A DNA stretch of 64,000 bases from the human T2T-CHM13v2.0 reference genome, Homo sapiens. The stretch lies in NCBI RefSeq assembly GCF_009914755.1, contig NC_060928.1, one strand, 5' to 3'. Shown here one piece after another: positions 50,789 to 64,000 of the stretch. Position 1 is the stretch's first letter; each line of letters begins with the position of its first letter. The notes under the pieces were generated by a model. That model searched no databases, was not told the DNA's origin, and saw nothing but the letters and a program-made list of their open reading frames with translations. The position numbers and the translations under genes were made by a program.

Positions 50789-51777
50789 GCATTTATTAGG
50801 GTCTTACACATGTCAGGCACTGTTCTGAGTTCTGTAGACACACTTTTTCATTTAATCTTCATGGTGACCCTATGAAACTGATACTATTATCTCTACTTTG
50901 CAGAAGAGGAGACTGTAAAATGGCACAGTGATTCACCTAAAGTCACAGAGTGAGGATTGAACCTAGGCCATTGGGCTACAGAGTATGTGTTGATAACCAT
51001 TATGCTTGTTCTCTTCAATAATTTCCATACGCTGAATTTTAAGGCAGATGAGCAGCACTTCTTTCTGAATCTTTCATGTTACGTGTCCAGAAATATAGTC
51101 ATGGTTAAAATTAGTTTCATGGAGATGTTAACAACTCTGTGCTTGTTTTAATTTGTGTGATTGTGGTACTAATTAAAGAAAGACATAACTTATGATAAAA
51201 CATTCAGTAGTTAAATTGTCATTACAAACATGTAATTTAAATAGAAAAATGTTGAGGCTAAAAAAAGTTTTTAAAAAATTTGTTGAAAATGATGACTTCC
51301 TAAAATGTGTTATCTTAAACATGAAAAGGTACACTCCCAATGACCTACAATACATCAAATCTTTCCATTTGGTAACTCACTCATTTGTTCATCTATTCAT
51401 TTCTTTTATTATTTCAACATGTTAAATTGCTATTACAGTTAAGTTACATATTAACTCTAAAGGCTTCTTTTGCTGTACTGTTTAAAAACACAGTTTTAAA
51501 TTTCTTTATGAATAGGTCTATATTCAGTCATTCAAAAGATAGTTTTCTAATTCTTACTGTTCAATTCAGATTCTTCACAGATGCGTATAAAAATAAAAAC
51601 ATATTTAAATATCCTGCCAATTTGTGCAATATATAATGTAGACAAACTTCATTGGCTTCTTCAGTTAGTGAAGGAGACCTGCATTAATTAAACCATCCAA
51701 TGAAATAGAGCAGAAATCATTTTAATATTGGGTAGAAAAATCAAGAATGCATTGCTCATAAAAAAAAAAATTCTTAC

Positions 51778-51950
51778 CCTGAGTTCAGTTCCGTCTGCTA
51801 GATTGTAATTAAAGGTGACACCAAGTTCAAAAACAACTTCAATGTTTCGAAAAGCGCTTGATTCTTTGACTGTGAATTTATTTCCTTCTTGTGTAATTGT
51901 CAGCTTCAAATTGTCATGAGCTGCAAGCTTCCTTTTCACTATATTAACAC
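51778..51950 (-). CDS. FABP2: FABP2 exon 2 (GVNIVKRKLAAHDNLKL...ADGTELR)
   Basis: ttttacag| acceptor and AGG|gtaaga donor, 173 bp. Confidence 0.97.
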
Positions 51951-53143
51951 CTGTAAAAGGTAAGACAATGGAGAAAATAAAGTCAAATCCCATAGGAAGT
52001 GTTTATTTTTCCAAGTTATGTTTTGTTTGTTTATTTTGAGGGTGGGAAGAAAACTCGGTAGCATTGCCTTTGCACAAGAACATTCAGATTGCTTCTACAG
52101 AAGTTCAGGTTCAATCAGATCAAGAGAACTGATTAAAGTTGTTTTTCCATAACTTGAGAAAAATTAAGTAGAGTACAGAATTATAGAATCTTAGAGCTGA
52201 GCAACCTTAATAAGATTAACAAACTGTTCATTTCAGTGTTAAGTAAATCAAATTCTAGAAATATCAAATGAAGGATTAAAATGTATATTCATATATTTAT
52301 AAGGAAGCACATCTTTAATTCCACATATACAGTATTCTTTTTTCTTAAATGCCCCTTTGTTTTTCTTAGTGGCTTTAACATTTTGAACTTTATAGTTCTA
52401 TTTGCTTCTTGTGGCATTTCTTTCTGACACAAAAATGAGAAAATTAGCAAATATTAAGCCAAAATCACTATAAGAATCTACAACTTTTATAAATTTAAAC
52501 TTAGAGTTCCTAAACTGTAAGCTATAATTGATGCAGATTTTTCTTTTAGGGGAATGACACAAATTTGTTTGCCTATCTTGTATAGTATATGGGCTGCCAG
52601 AGTATTGGTATCAAATTATAAATCAGTTAAATTAAACGCCCTGGAGAAAACTACACAGCTTCTCAAGATTATTCCAAAACTTTTTTAAGTTAGAAGAAAT
52701 CAGAATTAAATCTAACTTATTCAGCGCTATAAATTTTAAGAGAACCTTTTCCATTACTTTCTTATATGGTCTTTGTTTTTCCATCTCCTAGAATTTAACA
52801 TTTTCAGATCTGGAAGTTATCATTACACGCTGCCATTTTCTTACTGTAAACAACAAAAAAAGTCATTTTTCAGTTAAAGAGGGAAGGAAACATTTCTGGA
52901 TCTTTTTGGTGTGTTTCAGAGAACAGCACTCAAAGAATCTTTTCTTCCATTAGTGAGATAGTGGATTCTTCCTAATGTAAGAAGGGAGAATATGGTTTCC
53001 CTCCTCTGAACATCTTCTGGATCCTCTCTACCACATCAGGAGCTATCTGTAAGCTATCTGTAATCTCCTAGAGATTTAGGAGTTAGAAAGAAAAATGTTT
53101 GTAAGAAAGCAAAGAATGAGCCACAAAGAAATAAAGTCTTTAC

Positions 53144-53210
53144 CCATTTTTTCCATGAACTTGTCATAGTTTTCACTCCGGTCTACCTTCCAAGTGCTGT
53201 CAAACGCCAT
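53144..53210 (-). CDS. FABP2: FABP2 exon 1 coding part (MAFDSTWKVDRSENYDKFMEKM)
   Basis: ATG at 53210, 67 nt, G|gtaaag donor. Recognisable N-terminus of intestinal FABP. Confidence 0.97.
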
Positions 53211-53267
53211 GATTTCAGTTGAGTCAGCCTCTAGGCAGCTAGAGATTCAGGTCTGTCCTTGGGCGAG

Positions 53268-53545
53268 AATTTATTATATTTCTTATCTTAGAACCAACTT
53301 CATACTGTGATGTGGAAGCTTAAAGTTCAGGAAATCACCTAACTATGTCAAGCAATTAATTAATTCTTATTAATTAATTCTTAATTCTCGTTCTGTACAT
53401 TCCTGAGATCTTCTGAAATTCAACTGAATTAAAACATGAGAAGCATACCTATTCTGTCTTAAATTACAGTTTGTGGGCATACTTATTTCAAGAATTAGAA
53501 TGCATGCCGTCTGAAGATTGTTTTTCTAAGTTCAAAGTGCAGACT
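53268..53545 (-). promoter_or_regulatory. FABP2 proximal promoter
   Basis: TATA-like TATAATAAA at 53278-53270, GATA site AGATAA at 53288-53283, 14-bp DR1-like TGAACTTTAAGCTT at 53329-53316, AT-rich HNF1/CDX-like block at 53353-53387, second DR1 AGTTCAAAGTGCA at 53529-53541. Confidence 0.8.
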
Positions 53546-54525
53546 ATGTTGGAGGTAATATAATTTATAGCATATATCAAATAACATCTGGGAAATGAGA
53601 CCATGACCTTTCCCTTTTTCACAACAGCAATTATCTTGTAAAGTAAGACTTTATGATGAAATACAGTTGAAAAGTTAAAGTTAATAAGATTCGTTTTCTA
53701 ATATGTCTTTTTGCATTGTGTTTAGCATTGCCAGGAGTTTGGATAAATATCCTGGCACTTTGTAGGGTGCATGACACACAATAAGTGCTCATTGATTTTT
53801 GTCTTGATCCTGAATGGTGATAGGCCACTGAGCAAAAATTCAAGAGGTACAAATGAGGCTGGATGGTGTAAAAACTTGCATAAAAGAAAGAATGAGCTTT
53901 AAACATCTGCCATGTGCAGAGAGAACAAAATCCAGTTTTAGCTGTGCCATTAATTAAAACCACTCCTTCATTTTACTCTCAATGCCTCTCATCCCCAAAC
54001 CCAGTAGAGTCAGAAGCCACAGCTCAATTATGTATGTGGGGTCAGGGTATAGAGGGTAGCTAGAAAGGTACAAAGAAAAGGTCACCATATCTCTCCTTTC
54101 CCTACTTCAGGCTGCCAGCCAGGAACAGGCCAAGCTTGGGGAGGAAACTTGGTGTGAAGTAAAGAGTTTTAATTACTAGTCTTAAGATGTTTATTACTAA
54201 AATGAGTCTATTATTGTGACTGAATGTGACCAGATAACATCTTATTAACTAAGGGTCAGGAAAGAAGCTCTAGGGCTTGCCCAAGATATTACTTAGGGTC
54301 AAGGGAAGATAAATCTAACAGATTTGAACAGAACTTTGGGGAACAGAATCCCAGTTTTTAAATTTTGATATTATTTTATATTTTGATTTTTAAAAATCTT
54401 TTAAACATGTTAGATATTGTTTGATTTTTTATTTCGAGTTGCCCACTTTTTATTTTATTAAGTAAGCACTTTAAAAAGCAAACTATTTTCTACTAGCTCT
54501 ATTATTTCATTAAAAAAGAAAAAGA

Positions 54526-55180
<655 letters not shown>

Positions 55181-55360
55181 TCAAAAAAGGAAAGAAAACA
55201 CATATACACACTCATGAGTTGGGGACAAAGGTCATAATGGGAAGTCCTTTACATTCATAATTTAGCTTTACTTTCAAAATTAGGTACATTGTGATTTTTT
55301 AATCTTTTTTCAAAGAATTAAAACTGTATCACTTGGGAGCTATCAACCTAATACACTTTC

Positions 55361-58353
<2,993 letters not shown>

Positions 58354-61300
58354 TACACTTTCAACTTGGAGGGAAGTAGAAAACTTTGTTTAAAGCTGAG
58401 GACTCAACAGTCTCTCAGGTAGTTGACTGGCTGTGGTGATTTGTGAACTCAGAAGCCTATGGATAATGAATCCAATCTTTATTTCTAGGTCAGAAAACTA
58501 CATGTATCTGGTCACTGAAATAAACGTATGGTAGAGTGAAAAGAACATGTGTTTTAGAAACAAGACCCATTGACTTGGGTTTCAGTGCTGACTAAACATA
58601 CATTACTCTGCAGAATCTTCGTCACATTACTTACTCAATCTCTCTGAGCCTCAGTTTTCTCATCAATAAAATGAAGACAATAATAATACCTGATATGTAT
58701 ATTTTATGAACAAATTACATAAAGCACCCACCTGAAACAACTTATAGATAACAGGTCCTCAACAAACCTTTGTTTCTCTCCTAATTCTCTGAGAAAGGAA
58801 ATCTGGGAGCAATAACAATGTTTTAGAAGCATCCTAGGTCTCAAACCAGTGATATTTTGTTAAGAAAACCCATGTCATTCTGGTGTTTATGAGAAAGTCA
58901 CCTAAAAGTTACTTAGGTATTTTATGATTTGCACTAGTGATCAACTTGGGACTGGCTATGCCTTGGATTTGCCTGTTAAGGATAGTATTGCACTGTATCA
59001 CCCTCTGGGAATACATGTTTCCACTATGTGATCTCATAGCAATTGAAATTAAAGTGTCTGATTCAAGAAGGAAGGTTGGCAGGAAGAAACTAAAGTGGCT
59101 TCTTACCATTTTCACCATGACTTAACCCGTGTCTCATGGCCATTTTAAGCTTCGCAGAAGGATCCAAATAGGATCAATATAAAGCAAATAGCCCTTGGGC
59201 TCACAGAAGGCTGGTAACAAAATAAGCATGTTAAACTTTCAGTCTTAAATTTATCAGTGGCAGTGACCTAATTTAACCTTAGGTAGGACATCCTGTTATC
59301 TCTGTTAAGTAGCATCATTAGTTTTTTTTTTTATTAATGCTCAGATTACATTTTTAACATTACACTTTTCCTTCTCCAGCTACCCAATTCTGTAGCCCCT
59401 CGGTTTTTATCACTTATCTGTAGTCCATCTAGAAAATAATATACGGAACTTAGGGACCAATTTCTCTACAGACCTTTTCTACTGATGATATGATTGAGCC
59501 AACCAGCTAAGGGCAGACCCAGCCCTTTCTTTTCCATTTTGATAATATTAAAAGACTTGAGTATTGCAGTTTGGGGGTCGTGAGTGGACTAAGTATATGT
59601 GTGCATGTGGATGCAGATGCTATGGAGGTAGAGCTATAGCTGTACCCTCTCTCTCTGGGCTCTACAGTCAACATCACCCACGGAGTGGTCTGGAAGAAGT
59701 GGAAATCAGCAGAAACTCCTGTGGATCCCTATTCCATTCCTCCAAGGGAAAGTACAAACCACAATCCTTAGCATGGTTTACAAAGCCACTACTTAAATCT
59801 CCAGTTGATTTTTCCATTCCCTACTGTGTACTGCAAGATCTAGATCTATTAAACTTCTTGCAGTCCCCAATCCCCTGAATGTCCATGCCTCTGTTGCTTC
59901 AGGTCTCAGCTTGGATGCTGATTGCTCAAAGATTCTTGCCTCGAACTATCAAGAGTGAGTCAGGCAACCCTTCTTCTCCCAGGTGTAATGACCTTCTAAA
60001 GGTCTCAGAGTAGCTCATAAAAGACAAGAACAGCTGATTCATGATAACCAAAGGAATATTGTTATCATGAAGCCCAGCGACATCATTAGCAAGGGCAATA
60101 GGATGTTAAAATCTCATCTCAAAGGAATAATGTTTTAGAGATCACAAAAATCCTTTTACCCCATTGTATAATAGAAGGGAGTGTTTTTGTAGAGTATTAT
60201 TCTTTATATATCCTTATTGTGAAATAGCATTTTAAGGCATATTCTAATCATCTCAGAATTTATGTATCCTATTTTTTGATCTTAAGTTGTTTAGCTTTTT
60301 ATATGTCAAAAAATAGAGGTCTCTATCAGAAATATATGAGAGAAGGATTTGAGGGACAGATAGAAGGAGTAACAGGAAAGTCTTAAGGTTACTGTCAAAT
60401 CCCTAGCAGTGAATGGGGAATGAGAGAGAATTCTGAAGTTTGCCGACAAAGCTTATTTCATTCTGTTTTAATGATTAGCCTCTAAATTTTAGAAATATTA
60501 TGACCTATTTAATTAGGTTTTAGATTTTGTATCTGGGATGACTGGTTGGTTTTCTTTCAAAGAGATTATAAATGTACAGCAGTGTGCAGGAGAATGTCTA
60601 CCATAGAGTGGTGAGTGTGGCTTGCTAATTCTCATTAATAACAAAACAGCCTAAGAAAACAGCCATTTTAGAAGATTAATGTGTCCATTGAATGATCTTG
60701 CATGAAGAATTTATGACTCCTTCTTAGTCTGGGTTTATCCCAGAAATGATGAGCCACTTTCAAGCAATGTAGATAAGAGGTTGTTCATCTCCTATGCCCC
60801 TCATACCACAGGTAGAAAAAGATGGATTTGCATTATCACAGCTCCCTACTGCCACAACCAAACCATTATGTTTCTGCCTTTTTCAAAACAAAATATTGTT
60901 TTCTGAGACCACTCCCATTTGGCTGTGGTCCAGCCTACTTCATCATTGTTATCTACCATCCACTCCCTCTAGCATTATCATCTACCATCTATCACTGAAA
61001 ATCTTGGTACTTGGCTCACCATCATCTGTGTCCTGCCATCATCCTGGGTGACCTCAAAGTCCATGTGGATAAGCCACTTGTCAGTCTGGCTTCACAGCTC
61101 CTTAACCCCCTCATATCTAATGACCTTTACTTCTTTTATGCTTTATCTACTTACATCCAGGGCTGTGTCCTGTGATCTGTCATCATTAAAGCTGCTCCTT
61201 CTGTTGTATTTAACATGCCACTCTGACCACAACTTTCCATGCTCTCAGCTCCTTTATTTTATTCTGCACATTAGTTATTGGCTGGGAGAGAAATTTTCTT

Positions 61301-61692
61301 AGTTGTTGCCTCTATTTCCTCTCAAGTTAAAGCCCCCTCCTGTTTGTTTAAATTCTTTATTCAATTGATATCCTGTTTCCAATTTTAAAACTCTCTCACT
61401 TTTTCCTGCACTGACCTAGGTGCTATTAGGCATGCATGGTTTCTAGTCTTAGAGTAATTATCAGCACTCCCTGGAATGACTTCTGTGTATTTCAATCAGC
61501 TTCCTCCACATTTGCGACAATGGCTGTGCCTTTAGTCACCCTCCTGTAGCCTTTTACCTTTGCCCTCAGCAGACAACCTGCACATTACTTCACAGAGGAA
61601 AGAAACCATCAAACAATTCCCTCAATTTATGCCTTCTCAATTACAAAGTTACCTACTATTACTTTCTTTACTCCTATTAATTGTTACACTCA

Positions 61693-62093
61693 CGTATGAG
61701 GTTGTTTTTGCATTGCTATAAAGAAATACCTGAGACTGGGTAATTTATAAAGAAAAGAGGTTTAATTTGCTCATGATTATGCAGGCTATACAGGAAGCAT
61801 GGTGGCATGTGCTTCTGGGGAGGCCTCAGGAAGCTTCCGATCATGGTGGAAGGCAAAGGGGGAGCTGGCACATCACATGGCAAAAGCAAGCGAGAGGGGG
61901 AAGGTGCCACATACTTTTAAATGACCAGATCTCGTGAAAACTCACCATTGCGAGTACAGTACCAACGGAATGGTAAACCATTCATGAGAAATCTGCCCCC
62001 TTGAGCCAATCACCTCCCACCAGGCCCAACCTCCAACATTGGGGATTACATTTCAACATGAGATTTGGGTGGGGACAACATCAAACCATGTCA
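61693..62093 (-). mobile_element. MST-type (ERVL-MaLR) solo LTR
   Basis: gcattgctataaagaaatacctgagactgggtaatttataaagaaaagagg...catgagatttgggtgggga. Near-match 5-bp TSD actca / accca. Confidence 0.85.
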
Positions 62094-62896
62094 ACCCACT
62101 TACTCTTTCAATGTGTATTTTAATTCCTCCTATGGTCTAGGCACTGTGCCACATTATAAACAGAAAAATAGACACAGTTTCAGTCAAGGGAAAGCAAGGC
62201 TTGAAATTGCAATAGTGTGTCACATGTAAAGTTTTTTTTTTTTCTCCCTGTTTCTTCCTATCACCCTCTCTTTCTTTTTTATTTATTTGCTTATTTGGAT
62301 GAGGTGGGATGTGAAGACGATCAAGTCTCTCCCATTATAAGACATAAAGATACCTAAATTCTGTTGACATTTCTAGAACCTACTCAATCTTTCTCCTTCT
62401 CTTTGTAGCCAGGCTTCTTGAAAAAATAATTTGTACTTTTTGTCTTCACATGCTTATCCTTCATTAATACCTCAATCTACTGCAACATGGCTTTCATATT
62501 CACCAGTCCACTGAAACTACTCACTAAGGTCATAGATGAATTTTTAGTTGCCAAACCCAGTGCACATCTTGGCCCTTATTTTATGTCATTGTAGCATTGC
62601 ATACCATTGACTCTTCTTCTTCTTCTTCTTCTTTTTAATTTCTCCTTTTCTTTTGCTGACTTTTTTCTTTCTTGACATTCCTCTTCTCTGGATACTTCTT
62701 TTCAGGCTCTTCCATAAGCAACTTTTCCTTAACTGACAGATACCTTAAATGTTGGAATTGCATCTTTAAATCACTTTTTATTCCATACAATCTACCTCGA
62801 TCATCTTTTTCATTCTCATGTCTTAATGTTCAAACCATATGTCTCTAAAATTTAGAGATCCAGCCCAGACATCTTTCCTACTGGGTAGGAAAAGTG

Positions 62897-63056
62897 CTGT
62901 AATCCCAGCACTTTGGGAGGCCGAAGTGGGCAGATCACCTGAGGTTGCAAGTTCAAGACCAGCCTGGCCAACATGGCGAAATCCCGTCTCTACTACAAAT
63001 ACAAAAATTAGCTAGGCATGGTGTGCCTGTAATCCTAGCTACTTGGGAGGCTGTGG
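62897..63056 (+). mobile_element. Alu fragment (AluS-like, truncated at both ends)
   Basis: Left arm, linker and start of the right arm. Confidence 0.85.
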
Positions 63057-64000
63057 CTTCTCATTCAGAAGCAGAACAGAAAATGATGCATAATGTCTAA
63101 AACTATAGATGTGAGATATATATACATATATATTAGGAATAACTAGTTAAGTGAGAGGTAAAGGTTTGGGGTTTGCTTAATTTTAGAGGTTATATTCATG
63201 TTGAGTACCTGTTTCATGGCTTCATGTACCATCCATGTAACCAGTGATTCCCACATTTCTGCCTCCAGCTAAACTTTTCTCTCCAACTCTAGACTCCAAT
63301 ATTTATCTGGTGATTTGATGCCTTCACTTGGATGTCTGATGTTTTAAAACCAACATGTATAAAAACAGCTCTTGATCTCTGCCTATCTCAAACAGTTTCC
63401 ACCTGCAGCCTTCTTCATCTCAATGAACAGAAACTCAGTCCTTTCTCTTGTTCAGGCCAAAAGACTTGGAGTCATTCTGACTTTCTTTGACATGTCATAT
63501 GGTTGTTTCAACAGATCTCGTTGGCTGTATCTTCAAAATGTCCAGAACCCAGCCAGTTTTCATCACCTCCACTGCAACTATCCTCCCTAAGCCACTGTCA
63601 TCTCTTAGTGAATTATTGTAATATCCTGCTAAATAGTTGCCCCCTTTTCATCTTTGACCCGTGTAGAGTGTTCTCAACCAGCAGCCAAAGTGGTCTTTGG
63701 AAAACATAAGTCGGATTGTGTCACTCTTTTGCAGTGTCTCCTCATTTCACTCAAAGTGAAAGGCCTTAGGATATCCTAAAAGGCCCATTGTGATCTGCAC
63801 TCCCCTCTCCTGCTCAGCCCCAGCCTTTTGCCAAAGCTGCAAGGGCCGTAGTTCCTGGAACATACCAGGTACATATTGGCCTTTGCTGTAGTTACTACTT
63901 CCATCCGGACGTTCCCACACCCCCTAGTCTTTTGTTCAAATCTCAGTTCTCAACTAGGCCTTCCCTGAGCACCCTATTTACTGCAGATTACACCCCTCCA

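Noticed and set aside
50690-50875. Poly-isoleucine ORF (and the poly-Cys/Leu ORFs at 37278-37656)
   Set aside because: Translations of (TAA)n and (TTG)n microsatellites.
51688-51993. 101-aa ORF as a stand-alone FABP-like protein
   Set aside because: It is FABP2 exon 2 plus intronic read-through. Canonical splice sites bound 51778-51950.

Overview
Primate, almost certainly human, genomic DNA from the USP53 - C4orf3 (ARLN/ALN) - FABP2 neighbourhood (4q26 by recollection). It holds the last five coding exons and 3'UTR of USP53 (+), the convergent micropeptide gene C4orf3/ALN (-) with a CpG-island promoter, and the complete four-exon FABP2 gene (-). All exon phases were checked by hand. The rest is mostly interspersed repeats: a full-length young L1 (L1PA2/3-like) antisense in a USP53 intron, a 5'-truncated L1PA4/5-like copy, old L1M, Alus, MIR/L2, MLT2 and MST LTRs, and hAT elements. 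No new gene family is evident. The best lead is the intronic L1: its intact ORF0 reads in the USP53 direction, and both ORF0 splice donors are in phase with the last two USP53 exons. Other leads are a 13-nt 3' transduction on that L1, a palindromic poly(A) signal between the convergent genes, a split stop codon and a 199-aa extended frame in C4orf3, a 216-bp local duplication, and a nonsense change shared by two L1 copies. Gene and repeat names come from recognition, not database searches, and repeat boundaries are approximate.
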